Shown here: positions 1-11,099 of the stretch, in pieces | Numbering within the stretch: the first letter of the stretch is position 1 | Layout of the letters: every line of letters begins with the position of its first letter | Source: Candidatus Nomurabacteria bacterium | Lineage (GTDB): Bacteria; Patescibacteriota; Minisyncoccia; Phycocordibacterales; UBA918 | Assembly: GCA_020632075.1 (NCBI GenBank) | Contig: JACKGH010000001.1 | Location: 601,778-665,777 of the forward strand | Length of the DNA: 64,000 nucleotides | Direction of reading: 5' to 3' | The notes under the pieces: model-generated | The model's input: only the letters and a program-made list of their open reading frames with translations | What the model was told of the DNA's origin: nothing | Database searches by the model: none | Translations under genes and position numbers: made by a program

Positions 1-114
1 AATAAATACCAGCGTTTCTTTCATCGTTCAAACAATTCAGTGCGGACATTGTAACAGCATCATCAGTGTTTTCCCAAATGAGAAGCACATTCCGACACAG
101 ATTCACGACTGTTG

Positions 115-798
115 CTACGTCTGGCAATTGACCAGGACGACGAATTCACCTTTTTGAGTGACTGGATCTGCTTCGAGTTCGGAGTGGAGTTCAGCCGCCG
201 TGCCGATGTGCATGGTCTCATGGAGCTTGGTGAGTTCACGTGCGAGGTATACCTGCGCAGTCGGCACGGCGGCCGAGAGCGCTTCGAGCGTTTTCATAAT
301 ACGATGCGTTGATTCAAAGAACACAACCGGCTGTGCTTCGATGGTCGGCAGACGTTCGAAGAACGTCTGCCGACCTTTCTTCTGTGGCACAAACCCAAGG
401 AAAGTGAACTGATTACCAGCGATACCAGCGAGCGATACTGCAGCGGTCACTGCAGATGAACCAGGGATGACTTCGACTCGGGCGCGCGCTTCGCGCGCGC
501 CCTGCACCAACAACACCCCCGGATCGCTCACGCCCGGTGTGCCCGCATCGCTCACGAGCGCAATATGTTTGCCAGCGAGCAAGTCCTCTAGTATTTGTGA
601 GTGCACTTGCTCGCTGGCATGTGCATCATACCGCCGTAGCTTCGCCTCGATCTCATACCGCTCCAAAAGCCGCCCGGTCACCCGTGTGTCTTCACAGAGC
701 ACATAGTCTGCCTCACGCAAAATTCGCACCGCTCGGTACGTAATGTCTTCAAGATTCCCGATCGGCGTCGCTACAAGATAGAGTGTTCCTGGTTCCAT
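115..798 (-). CDS. rsmI: 16S rRNA (cytidine1402-2'-O)-methyltransferase RsmI (tetrapyrrole methylase family)
   Basis: 227-aa ORF with N-terminal YLVATPIGNLEDITYRA...CEDTR motif typical of RsmI. Confidence 0.85.
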   Translation of the reverse strand: MEPGTLYLVATPIGNLEDITYRAVRILREADYVLCEDTRVTGRLLERYEIEAKLRRYDAHASEQVHSQILEDLLAGKHIALVSDAGTPGVSDPGVLLVQGAREARARVEVIPGSSAVTAAVSLAGIAGNQFTFLGFVPQKKGRQTFFERLPTIEAQPVVFFESTHRIMKTLEALSAAVPTAQVYLARELTKLHETMHIGTAAELHSELEADPVTQKGEFVVLVNCQT

Positions 799-873
799 AA
801 TGCCACTACCCTAGCATAAAAATAGAAAAAGGGCTGCTGTAAAGCAGGCCCTTAATGGATCCAGTCAATGACA

Positions 874-1089
874 TCAGATCGTCATCAGACTGCGGTTGAA
901 CTTCCAGCGGCAAATCCGCTGCCATACTTCCTCGTGGAAGTAATATGCAACGGTGTTCACCACCGGCTCTACCAGCGCAATCGCCGCACCGACGACCACA
1001 TCTCCGGTCAGCTGATACGCGACCGTAAACGCGATCGAGAAATGCATGATTGCGAACGAAATAGTCTTTACCATGATGGATTCCTCCAT
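874..1089 (-). CDS. small membrane protein, DUF2061-like
   Basis: AYQLTGD...VEPVVNTVAYYFHEEVW resembles the DUF2061 family; start chosen at an internal Met (MEESIMVKT). Confidence 0.45.
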   Translation of the reverse strand: MEESIMVKTISFAIMHFSIAFTVAYQLTGDVVVGAAIALVEPVVNTVAYYFHEEVWQRICRWKFNRSLMTI

Positions 1090-1216
1090 GTTGGCAATAA
1101 AAGAAGATCGAAACTTTATGTTTTTATTATACATGTAAATATCTAATTGTCAATAGACATTCATGTTTGTACATTTTACTGTGTCAGCAGTACCTATTTT
1201 ATTGTGGAGGTAGCCT

Positions 1217-1990
1217 GTGGCTACATTGTCCTTCATTCTCTTCTGCGTCGGGATCGGCATTTCCCTCTCGATCGATGTGTTCTTTGTCACCTTGATGAAG
1301 CTGCGGGAAAAGAAGTCACTGCTTGACTGGGCGCTCTGGGTCGCATTCCTGCACACTCTCTTCCCCAATCTGACCTTCACGCTTGGCTGGTCGATAGAGC
1401 AACTCGGTCACTGGCCCACTATAGCAGTGAGCCTCATCGGGGGCTCACTGGTGTATATCTTCCTCTACGAGGAATTCAGCGAGAAGATCGACAAAACACC
1501 GATCTTTGCTCCGATCGAAAAGCTAAAAGATCTGCTTGGGGTCTCTCGTGAGACTGCTGGCATGCTCGTCCTTGGTACCGGCGTCAGTATCGACTCTGCA
1601 CTCTTTGGGCTCACTTTTGTCGCCACCAAAGCGACCGAGGGATGGAGTCTGACTGAGACGTATGTCGCTATCGGGATTTCCGGCCTGACCGTCTTTGCGG
1701 TGACCTTCCTGACACCACAGCTGTTTCACTTGCTGGCATACATGGCGAAAAAACTCGGCATGTCGATGCAGGAAGAAGTGGCAGAGTCACACTTCTGGGC
1801 CGACCTGATGGTCTTCTCAGTGATCGGTGGCTTTGGCGCACTTGCGTTCGCCAATGTCTTGTTTAGTGAGGCAAGCATCTTGTACAGCATGCTTGTATCG
1901 ACTATCTTTTGGTCTTTGCTCTTCTATCGCTTCCGCGTTGAGCTCATGACTGGCGAATGCGAAGATGCCGCGAAAGTTCTCTCAAAATAA
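1217..1990 (+). CDS. polytopic membrane protein, possibly MntP/DUF204-like efflux pump
   Basis: GTG start preceded by GGAGG (1206-1210); highly hydrophobic; two SIDxF/SIDSALFG motifs reminiscent of the MntP SMDAFA repeats; product assignment weak. Confidence 0.35.
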   Translation: MATLSFILFCVGIGISLSIDVFFVTLMKLREKKSLLDWALWVAFLHTLFPNLTFTLGWSIEQLGHWPTIAVSLIGGSLVYIFLYEEFSEKIDKTPIFAPIEKLKDLLGVSRETAGMLVLGTGVSIDSALFGLTFVATKATEGWSLTETYVAIGISGLTVFAVTFLTPQLFHLLAYMAKKLGMSMQEEVAESHFWADLMVFSVIGGFGALAFANVLFSEASILYSMLVSTIFWSLLFYRFRVELMTGECEDAAKVLSK

Positions 1991-1991
1991 A

Positions 1992-2022
1992 CAAAAGCGC
2001 TGCCTATCGGCAGCGCTTTTTT
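1992..2022 (+). terminator. rho-independent terminator
   Basis: aaaagcgctgcctatcggcagcgctttttt hairpin plus T-run directly after the stop of the 1217-1990 ORF. Confidence 0.6.
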
Positions 2023-2027
2023 GTGTA

Positions 2028-2975
2028 CTACTTCCAAGAAAATCCTCTTCCAAAGTGACCCCATGCCGCTGTATCGGCATAGATCGGTGCATCTAGTTGC
2101 AGGAATGAACGGATACCCGAAGGAGTCAGATCATACCCTTCCACTTGCTCAGGCACCCCATCGACGATCGCTACGGCCATGAGTGCTTCGGGATGTCCGA
2201 TCGCGTAGGCCAGCTTCACCAGCACAGCCTTGGCGTCCGGGTACTTCTCAAGATAATCGACCGCGATCCGGCGGGCCATGTAGGCGGCTGAGCGATCTAC
2301 TTTAGAAGGATCTTTACCGGAGAACGCTCCGCCGCCGACCGCCACCTCAGGTCCATAGTTGTCGACAATGATCTTGCGCCCAGTGAGTCCTGCGTCAGCG
2401 TCAAAACCACCCTGATTCCAATCCCCCGCTGGATTTACGTGATACTCCTTTACACCAGGTATCACTTCCTTAACAAGTTGTTCAAGATCGCTCTTTGGTG
2501 CGTTCTGAAAACTCGTTACTACGGACGTAACGTTACCCTCTTCATCGATCGTCACCTGCGTCTTACCATCGTACGGATATTTTTCGTAAACCTTCTGGCA
2601 TAGATTACGAGCGAGTTCATATTCCTTTGGCATGTACGTATCTGTCTCGCGAGTCGCGTAGCCAGTCATAATTCCCTGATCACCGGCGCCGCCAGTATCG
2701 ACCCCTTGCGCGATCTCTGGGCTCTGCGCCACGATATGAATATCGATCGTATGCCCCTCGCCCGCGATCTCTTTTACGATCTTGGTGACATTCACCTCAG
2801 TGGCGTTTGAAGTCACTTCTCCGGTCACCAGGATCTTCCCGTGCGAACCAACTGTCTCTACCGCTACGCGACTTTTTGGATCTTCGGTAAGGTACGCATC
2901 GAGGATCGCATCTGAGATCCGGTCACATAATTTATCTGGGTGTTTCGGTGACACACATTCGGCTGTCTTAAACAT
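2028..2975 (-). CDS. metK: S-adenosylmethionine synthetase (short form)
   Basis: SPKHPDKLCDRISDAILDA, GAGDQG and GGGAFSGKDPSKVDRSAAY motifs; 315 aa, i.e. a shortened MetK. Confidence 0.9.
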   Translation of the reverse strand: MFKTAECVSPKHPDKLCDRISDAILDAYLTEDPKSRVAVETVGSHGKILVTGEVTSNATEVNVTKIVKEIAGEGHTIDIHIVAQSPEIAQGVDTGGAGDQGIMTGYATRETDTYMPKEYELARNLCQKVYEKYPYDGKTQVTIDEEGNVTSVVTSFQNAPKSDLEQLVKEVIPGVKEYHVNPAGDWNQGGFDADAGLTGRKIIVDNYGPEVAVGGGAFSGKDPSKVDRSAAYMARRIAVDYLEKYPDAKAVLVKLAYAIGHPEALMAVAIVDGVPEQVEGYDLTPSGIRSFLQLDAPIYADTAAWGHFGRGFSWK

Positions 2976-3312
2976 AATTACACTTACTTAGTACTTGGTC
3001 AGACATTTTGGAATAAGTGAAATTCGCGGAACCAAGGAGTCTGAAGACGAGTCGTATATACATACGATGAGGCTTCAGACGACGTAGGTGACAAAGAAGT
3101 TCACTATTCCAAGATGGTCTGAAATAAAAAACACGCTCACATGAGCGTATCCAGGAGTCTTTTGCATCTGCCCTACACTGTAGGTTGAAGTTCGCACCGT
3201 TCTCGTGTGAGTGGTTGCGGACGGAGTCAGCGGGTCAAATCCCTCTTCCGTACTCTGGATACTTTCTATGAAATTGTGTTACTGCAGTATAACAGACACC
3301 GCGGCAGAAAAG

Positions 3313-4608
3313 TTACCGAGTCAACGCCGAAGCAAGCTCAGTCACATCCCCTGCCCCCATTACCACCAACACTTCGTGATCGGTCAGCTGTTGTCGTAAG
3401 AGCTGCTCGGCAGCTTCAAAGGATTCAGCAAAGCGAGACTCTGGCACATACTCAAGTGCCTTCACCGCGAGCTCACGACTCGAGACGCCCGTTTCGTTAT
3501 TTTCACGCGCTGCGTAGATCGGCAAGAATACTACCGAATCAGCTCCAGAAAACGCCTTCGCAAAATCATCAAAGAGTGCAGCAGTGCGCGTAAACGTGTG
3601 CGGCTGAAATGCGACCACGATCCGCTTGTCAGGATAGAGCTCGCGCGCACCCGCGATCGTCGCCTTAATCTCGGTTGGATGATGGCCGTAGTCATCGTAG
3701 ACCGGTGCACCATTACAATCCCCTTTAAATTCAAACCGGCGCCACGTACCCGCAAAATGTAGTAAGGCATTCTTGGCGGCATCGAGATCGAGTTTTTCAT
3801 GCGTTGCCACCGCAAGCGCCGCGGCAGCGTTAAGACAATTATGTATACCTGGCTGTTTGAGCGGCAGTTCAAGGTCGACAAAGTCCATATAGTTCACCAC
3901 TTCAACATCGAGTCCTTTAAGGATCGGTGCGACATTTGGATCAGTGATATTTGCGATGATCACTCCAGTATCACTCACCTGCTTCGCCAGCTTCCGAAAT
4001 GCACGCTGCACTGCTGCTAGGTCTGGGTAGTAGTCGACATGCTCATGCTCTAGGTTGGTGATTACCAACACTTCCGGCTTCAAGCTCAAAAAGTCGCGCT
4101 TATACTCACATGCCTCGACGATCGCGTACTTACTCTTCCCAGCACGGTAGTTACTCTTAGTGGTCGCGCGTAACGAGCCGATCACTGCCGTTGGATCTTT
4201 CTCCGCTGTCTCGAACACATCTGTGATCATAGCGCTCGTAGTAGTTTTCCCGTGTGTACCCGCTACCGCGATGAGATAGTACGGATTCATCGCGAGCCCG
4301 AGTGCTTCAAAGTAGTTCATCATCGGCACATCAAGTTCGCGAGCTGCTTTCATCTCCTCATGCGTCTTGGACATTGCTTCGGTGTACACAATAAGCTCAA
4401 TATCATCAGTGATGTTACTGGCAACCTGCTCACCAAAAATTTGCACCCCTTCTGCTGCGAGTGCTTTTGTAATTGGTGAAAGTGAGCGGTCAGAGCCACT
4501 AACAGTCTTCTTTTCAAACAGGAAGTGTCGCGCGAGCGCTGACATGCCAATTCCTCCAATACCGATGAAATGAATGCGCTGTATCTTATTGATGTTCGGT
4601 GTTGACAT
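3313..4608 (-). CDS. murC: UDP-N-acetylmuramate--L-alanine ligase
   Basis: IHFIGIGGIGMSALA and AGTHGKTTTSAMI motifs; ATG at 4608 preferred over the upstream GTG at 4632. Confidence 0.9.
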   Translation of the reverse strand: MSTPNINKIQRIHFIGIGGIGMSALARHFLFEKKTVSGSDRSLSPITKALAAEGVQIFGEQVASNITDDIELIVYTEAMSKTHEEMKAARELDVPMMNYFEALGLAMNPYYLIAVAGTHGKTTTSAMITDVFETAEKDPTAVIGSLRATTKSNYRAGKSKYAIVEACEYKRDFLSLKPEVLVITNLEHEHVDYYPDLAAVQRAFRKLAKQVSDTGVIIANITDPNVAPILKGLDVEVVNYMDFVDLELPLKQPGIHNCLNAAAALAVATHEKLDLDAAKNALLHFAGTWRRFEFKGDCNGAPVYDDYGHHPTEIKATIAGARELYPDKRIVVAFQPHTFTRTAALFDDFAKAFSGADSVVFLPIYAARENNETGVSSRELAVKALEYVPESRFAESFEAAEQLLRQQLTDHEVLVVMGAGDVTELASALTR

Positions 4609-4665
4609 ATTCTGAGCGTAGCATAATATCACACCTTAGAGAGTCTTTTCAAAGAGGATTTCGCG

Positions 4666-5397
4666 ATGCAAAATATTGTTCATACAGAGTACGACGGTAC
4701 GGATAGGCTGTTTACCGTTGCCATGTATGGGCCAGATGACGGCAGCCCCGCTCGCAGGCTCGCAGTTGAGCTTGGCGCAGACATGGAAGAGGCCTTCCTG
4801 ATCAAATCAGCTAGCACTGCCAGCGATACAGGTTTCCGTAAGATCTGGCACCCAACCACACACGCACAGTATCCAAATCTGTTTGATGCGTATGTAGACG
4901 CAGTACACCTGACAGATCCTGAACAGTCTGCGATCCATTTCACTGCAGATTGTCCGGTGGTAGTGATCTATGACGCCATACTACACCAGCTCATTGCTAC
5001 GCATGCCGGAAGACCAGCAATGAGTCCAAGTAACGAGCCTAGCGGACCGATCAGCAACATCATCACCGATTGCTGGAGGTTCTTGAATCCAATGGACCCG
5101 AATGAGGTCAATGTGATCATTGTTGGTTCAATTGCCGCTGAAGATTTTCGGCATAACCACCCAGAAGCACGAGCACTGACTAAACCGTTTGAGCAGTTTG
5201 GAGATAGAGCCTTTGAGGACCACGACCTCGGTACGATCGATCTACCTTGGGTAATCACCGAACAGTTGGCAATGTATGGGGTACCCCGAAGACAGATCCA
5301 AATGATCGGTCCCTTCACCTCGAAGACGAGCTCCCTTGCAAGTTACCGGCGAGACCGAACCAAGAAACGAAATACCATCATCACCGTTCTTCACTAA
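4666..5397 (+). CDS. laccase-domain protein PgeF/YfiH-like (peptidoglycan editing factor family)
   Basis: ADCPVV, HAGRP and a C-terminal ...SYRRD motif resemble YfiH/DUF152. Confidence 0.55.
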   Translation: MQNIVHTEYDGTDRLFTVAMYGPDDGSPARRLAVELGADMEEAFLIKSASTASDTGFRKIWHPTTHAQYPNLFDAYVDAVHLTDPEQSAIHFTADCPVVVIYDAILHQLIATHAGRPAMSPSNEPSGPISNIITDCWRFLNPMDPNEVNVIIVGSIAAEDFRHNHPEARALTKPFEQFGDRAFEDHDLGTIDLPWVITEQLAMYGVPRRQIQMIGPFTSKTSSLASYRRDRTKKRNTIITVLH

Positions 5398-5399
5398 AA

Positions 5400-5445
5400 C
5401 CAAGAAAGCGCTATGCAACGGTTGTTGCATAGCGCTTTTTATGCC
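5400..5445. terminator. bidirectional terminator between convergent genes
   Basis: aaagcgctatgcaacggttgttgcatagcgcttttt inverted repeat flanked by A and T runs. Confidence 0.6.
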
Positions 5446-6038
5446 TTGTACTCAACGGAAATCGGGTAGTTGTATTGAGTCCCTGGACGGTAGTCAAAGT
5501 GGAAGTACTCCCGCTTCGTTCCGAGCCGGAAGCCGTGCTTTTGCATAACCTCGATAACCCATTCCTGCATGACCTGATACCACTCAGCCACCTCGCCCGG
5601 CTTGCGCTTGTAGAAGTCGACAAACAGCGCATCAACTCCATCGTTGCCATCGCGCAAGTAGACCTCACGCTGTCGCCGGATATCCCACAATGTCACGTCG
5701 ACACTGAGACCCGTTGCGTGCGGCATGTCGGTCATATTGAAGAGTCGATTTGCCTCATCAGCCTTACCCGACTCAACGCGCTTCTGGTAGACAAGCTCAT
5801 AGAGCTCGACCGGACGATAGCCTTCTTTGACGTACAGCTCGTACCCTTTCTGACGAAAGACCGCATCGACAGCTTTGAGTGCATCGATCAGATGCATATG
5901 CACGAGCACCTCGTTGCCGGTAATACCCACCTCAGCCAACTCAGCTTCGGTTAGACCAAACTGCTCACGACGATCCCAGTAGTAGTTAATACCCCGAATG
6001 CCGTGTTCGCGCAGCGAAACCAAACCTTGCTCGTTCAT
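5439..6038 (-). CDS. M15 family D-Ala-D-Ala dipeptidase (VanX/DdpX-like)
   Basis: HATGLSVDVTLWD and EYFHFDY motifs (H-x-x-G-x-A-x-D, E-x-x-H); canonical SD GGAGG 8 nt upstream of the ATG. Confidence 0.55.
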   Translation of the reverse strand: MNEQGLVSLREHGIRGINYYWDRREQFGLTEAELAEVGITGNEVLVHMHLIDALKAVDAVFRQKGYELYVKEGYRPVELYELVYQKRVESGKADEANRLFNMTDMPHATGLSVDVTLWDIRRQREVYLRDGNDGVDALFVDFYKRKPGEVAEWYQVMQEWVIEVMQKHGFRLGTKREYFHFDYRPGTQYNYPISVEYKA

Positions 6039-6189
6039 TGCTTGCTCCTCCGCTAGCAGCTGTATCCAAGACGCATCCTAACACACCAGCACAATATGAA
6101 AAGCGCACCACACTATGTGTGATGCGCTCTGAGTACTGAGCATGTAGTGACTGTGTTTTGTGCATGTCACACAACCTCTTAAATTGTAT

Positions 6190-6699
6190 TTACAATAGTG
6201 CTAACGCTGCGTTGCACGTTTCGATCAACGAACTGTGCAGTGGCGGAGCACTGTCGGCAAACCACTCGTACGTATGCAGAGTGCTCGCCAAGCCTGGGTA
6301 GCCGTCTTCGGCCCCAATTACCATCTTGAGTCCAGCTGTAGCGCGAAGCGTGGCCGAAAGTGCCAACTCATGACCGGTGCGCTGTCCATAATTATGGCCG
6401 TACGTCTCACTCTCGCGAAGCGGTAACCAAAACAGCCAAACACCAGCTCGAGCCGCAGCCAAGAGATGATCTCGTTCCCAGTCCATTTGCTCGAGCTTTT
6501 TAGTATCTGAGTATGGACCAGCATCACGATCATCTCGTCGCTCTGGAGAGCAGATCAGTACGTCGTCTGGCACGCGCGAAACCAAGTACGGTACCGCTTC
6601 TGCAAAGCGCCACGACGGCGCAAAGCGATTGGGTCCAGCCAAAAATAACAACTTCTTGTTTGTCAGATCAGTTCGATCTGGACAACAAAGAACACCCAT
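6190..6699 (-). CDS. hypothetical protein (LLFLAGP motif, possibly nucleoside 2-deoxyribosyltransferase-like fold)
   Basis: Strong SD GGAGGTGA (6702-6709) 2 nt before the ATG at 6699; function uncertain. Confidence 0.4.
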   Translation of the reverse strand: MGVLCCPDRTDLTNKKLLFLAGPNRFAPSWRFAEAVPYLVSRVPDDVLICSPERRDDRDAGPYSDTKKLEQMDWERDHLLAAARAGVWLFWLPLRESETYGHNYGQRTGHELALSATLRATAGLKMVIGAEDGYPGLASTLHTYEWFADSAPPLHSSLIETCNAALALL

Positions 6700-6748
6700 A
6701 TTCACCTCCGTAGTCTTGTGTGAATGAGCCTACAAAATACAACTATAT

Positions 6749-8092
6749 CTATAGTTTGTCTACTGCTTCGATAAATGCATCGTTGCGCTCATATTCATTT
6801 TTAAATAGTCCAAATGACGCAAAGCCTGGCGAGAATAGGAGGACGTCGCCGGGCTCGCCGCAGGCGAGCCCGGCCTTAACTGCCGACTCAACACTCCCGA
6901 CCACCTCAGCTTCGATCTCTTCTTTAATACAGTCTGTTCCTGTGCCAGGTAATAACACTACTTTCTTGCAGTACTGTGGGATCATCTCAAGAAGCGGAGA
7001 TGGGTCAAGATTTTTGTACGCACCACCCGCGATCAAGATCACATTTTTATCATCTTCATTGCCAACTGCCTGCAGGCCGCGGATGGTCGCCTGCGGTGTC
7101 GTAGCATTGTTGTCGTTATAGATCTTTACACCATCTCGCTCACCAAGATACTGCAACCGACCCTCTACTCCCGGAAAGCTCGCCAGACCGGCGAAGATCT
7201 CTTCGTCACCCAGGCTCACGGCTTTCAGCGCCTCATACGCGAGTGCTGCATTGAGTCGATTATGCTCACCCGGCATTGAGAGTAGTGAATCCTCAGGAAT
7301 ACTCGAAACATCTGCCAAGACAATCTCCTGCCCCACCGACACACTACCAAGCTGCTTTGCCCATTCAAAGACCTCTGGAGTCGTGACCAATACACCAGTC
7401 TCCTCTTGATACTTAAAGATGTTCGCCTTATCTGCAAAGTAGAGCCTCATCGCTTCTTCCTTACTCCGACCTCCTGCCATGTAGTAGTTAAGATGATCCT
7501 CCATGAAGTTAGTAAAAACTGCGATCTGCGGACTGATCTTCGCCCAGCCGAAGCCTTGCAGTTGCCACGAGTCGAGCTCCATCACGCAAAGTGAATCTTC
7601 CTGTACTGCCTTGAGAAGCTGCAGGTTAGACAAACCGCGGACATTACCGCCAAGCAAGATCTTCTCACCAGTAACTTCAGATAGTACGTGGTGGATCATG
7701 TGGGTCACCGTGCTCTTGCCGCGCGTGCCGGTCACTCCGATCACCGGGACCTGCGACAGCTCCGCAAACCACGCCGCACTCTGTTTAAGTTCGACCCCAG
7801 CGGCACGCGCGGCTTCTAACTCCGGCATATTCAGTGGCGCACCAGCTCCCACCAACACATAGTCAGCCTGCGTAAAATGTTCCTCCTGGTACGACCCAAA
7901 CGTAAAGCGTATGTTTGGATAGTCTTTCAGTGCGTCGACTGACGGTTGCATCACCTCGGCTGGTGCATCATCCACCACGTGCACATCGGCACCCATTTCA
8001 GCCAAGAACGCAGCATCTCCAACACCACGACCCAACAAGCCGATGCGCATCACCGTCACTCGCTTGCCATTAAAATACTCAGCATAATTCAT
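6749..8092 (-). CDS. murD: UDP-N-acetylmuramoylalanine--D-glutamate ligase
   Basis: GVTGTRGKSTVT P-loop, MPGEHN and NDNNATT motifs. Confidence 0.9.
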   Translation of the reverse strand: MNYAEYFNGKRVTVMRIGLLGRGVGDAAFLAEMGADVHVVDDAPAEVMQPSVDALKDYPNIRFTFGSYQEEHFTQADYVLVGAGAPLNMPELEAARAAGVELKQSAAWFAELSQVPVIGVTGTRGKSTVTHMIHHVLSEVTGEKILLGGNVRGLSNLQLLKAVQEDSLCVMELDSWQLQGFGWAKISPQIAVFTNFMEDHLNYYMAGGRSKEEAMRLYFADKANIFKYQEETGVLVTTPEVFEWAKQLGSVSVGQEIVLADVSSIPEDSLLSMPGEHNRLNAALAYEALKAVSLGDEEIFAGLASFPGVEGRLQYLGERDGVKIYNDNNATTPQATIRGLQAVGNEDDKNVILIAGGAYKNLDPSPLLEMIPQYCKKVVLLPGTGTDCIKEEIEAEVVGSVESAVKAGLACGEPGDVLLFSPGFASFGLFKNEYERNDAFIEAVDKL

Positions 8093-8198
8093 CGCTACAT
8101 ACTAGATAAATTATGCAGAAAAAGCTAGTTGCATGCATACTGTACACACCATACTGTTCAACCTACCTGAATACTGCCTTATACTTACTTACATGAAA

Positions 8199-8399
8199 AC
8201 TAATGGAAATGACAAAGCGCTTGAGTCATACAAGATCTTCCCGTATGTTGCATGGTTAGTAACGATCGGTTTTGCGATCTTTGTGTACAACATCACTGTC
8301 GAACTACAGACCGTGACAAGAGACCTGCAAGTACAGACTTCGATTCTGATGGACAAAATTAACACTCCAGCAGAACAGATCGAGGACTTTGAATCATAA
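8199..8399 (+). CDS. small hypothetical membrane protein
   Basis: ORF with one TM segment; followed by a terminator. Confidence 0.35.
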   Translation, partial: TNGNDKALESYKIFPYVAWLVTIGFAIFVYNITVELQTVTRDLQVQTSILMDKINTPAEQIEDFES

Positions 8400-8425
8400 A
8401 AACCGCCAGTGGCGGTTTTTATGGT
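8400..8425 (+). terminator. rho-independent terminator
   Basis: aaaaccgccagtggcggttttt. Confidence 0.6.
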
Positions 8426-8442
8426 TCAAGTGAAATTCTTTG

Positions 8443-8516
8443 TCCGCGCTCTAGGATTCGAACCTAGGGCCTTTCGAGTATCAGTCGAATGCTCTAGCCA
8501 ACTGAGCTAAGCGCGG
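8443..8516 (-). tRNA. tRNA-Ile (anticodon GAU)
   Basis: Reverse complement folds as CCGCGCT-TA-GCTCAGTTGGCTAGAGC-A-TTCGA-CTGATAC-TCGAA-AGGCC-CTAGG-TTCGAAT-CCTAG-AGCGCGG-A; CCA not encoded. Confidence 0.85.
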
Positions 8517-8612
8517 AAGTGGCCAGAACTATAGCAGATTTTTGTCAGATATGAAAGTCCTACTACAAAAAACTACTTAGCGCGGGAACGCTAAGTAGTT
8601 GGATCTATCTTC

Positions 8613-8891
8613 TTACTGCGCGCGCAGCTCGAAAGACGTAGTGCCGGGGCGAACGAAGATCGTGTCGTCTCGTACTGCCGGGAGATCTTCGCAACCTGCC
8701 CACCTGCCGTTGATCTTCGCATCAACGCAGTTGTCGCTGCCGAGGGTGTGGTCGACGTAGACTACCACAGTCGATGTTGGTGAGGCCTGCGACTTGGACA
8801 CGCTCATGATAAGCACGGTACAGAGGCTCACAAACCCCGCGGCAAACATGAGAGCAAGTGCAATTTGACGCAAGGTGTACGTCAGCTTCAT
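8613..8891 (-). CDS. small secreted hypothetical protein
   Basis: 92 aa with an N-terminal hydrophobic signal-like segment; lies between tRNA-Ile and 16S. Confidence 0.4.
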   Translation of the reverse strand: MKLTYTLRQIALALMFAAGFVSLCTVLIMSVSKSQASPTSTVVVYVDHTLGSDNCVDAKINGRWAGCEDLPAVRDDTIFVRPGTTSFELRAQ

Positions 8892-9008
8892 CTCCTATCC
8901 TCCTTAAAGGTACTTCAAATTCTGTGTTTAATATTTTAATACATAAAATTCAAAAGTCAATACACACCCTAAGACTTTCCCTACTTTTTGCTACGGTATA
9001 ATGACTGT

Positions 9009-9371
9009 ATGAAAAAACTTGCCCCCTACACACTTTCGATACTTCTGTTAATTCCAGTTGTTACTCATGCGCAATCAATACAAGATGCATTTATAAACAT
9101 TGATGACTCATTCCAAAAGTATTTCATTCCTTTCTTTCTAGCACTAGCCTTCATCCTCTTTGCGTTTAATGCGGTTCGATACTTCATTATCGAAAGCGCC
9201 AACCAGGAAGGTCGTGAGAAGGCTCGTTCCCTGGCTCTGTATGGCATCCTTGCATTTGTCATGATCCTGATCTTATGGGGAGCAGTTAACTTCATTGCAA
9301 AAGCGATCTTTGGCAACTCTGCTCCAGGCGCACTCCCAGATCAAGACTATGTTAAATTAATGGGACCGTAG
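9009..9371 (+). CDS. TrbC/VirB2-like pilin-type small membrane protein
   Basis: Signal peptide MKKLAPYTLSILLLIPVVTHA followed by two long hydrophobic helices, as in T4SS pilin families; TATAAT at 8989-8994 just upstream. Confidence 0.4.
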   Translation: MKKLAPYTLSILLLIPVVTHAQSIQDAFINIDDSFQKYFIPFFLALAFILFAFNAVRYFIIESANQEGREKARSLALYGILAFVMILILWGAVNFIAKAIFGNSAPGALPDQDYVKLMGP

Positions 9372-9384
9372 TACACGAATAAAA

Positions 9385-9418
9385 TAGCGCGGCGCCCAAG
9401 GGCGCCGCGCTATTTTAT
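9385..9418. terminator. bidirectional rho-independent terminator
   Basis: aatagcgcggcgcccaagggcgccgcgctatttt with A/T flanks; ends the pilin gene and probably also the 16S transcript. Confidence 0.6.
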
Positions 9419-9628
9419 TGCTACGTTCATTTTCATACAATGTAACAAAAGGAGTTTATGTTCACTTTTGTCTTATCCTTTGGTTAGGTCTTTCCCTAAA
9501 GTCTAATACCAGTTTGGAGAATGAGTATTATGTCTCATTATGTGCTCAATTGAGGCACATAATACCGACCAATTAGCTGTCATTGTGAATGGGTCACCCC
9601 ACCACGACAACGTGTCCAATTGGAATTA

Positions 9629-11079
<1,451 letters not shown>

Positions 11080-11099
11080 ACAGGTACACAAATGTGTAT

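Noticed and set aside
3181-3262. tmRNA/tRNA-like 3' end (GGACGGAG...GGGTCAAATCCC) on the plus strand
   Set aside because: No proper T-arm or acceptor pairing could be formed, and there is no GGGG...UUCGAC 5' domain or tag-peptide frame. It is more likely part of the metK leader or murC terminator region.
2976-3312. Canonical SAM-I (S-box) riboswitch upstream of metK
   Set aside because: Conserved S-box elements such as the GGUGCCAAUUCC and GAGGGA/CCCGAUGAA kink-turn or pseudoknot segments are not recognisable. Retained only as a low-confidence structured-leader finding.
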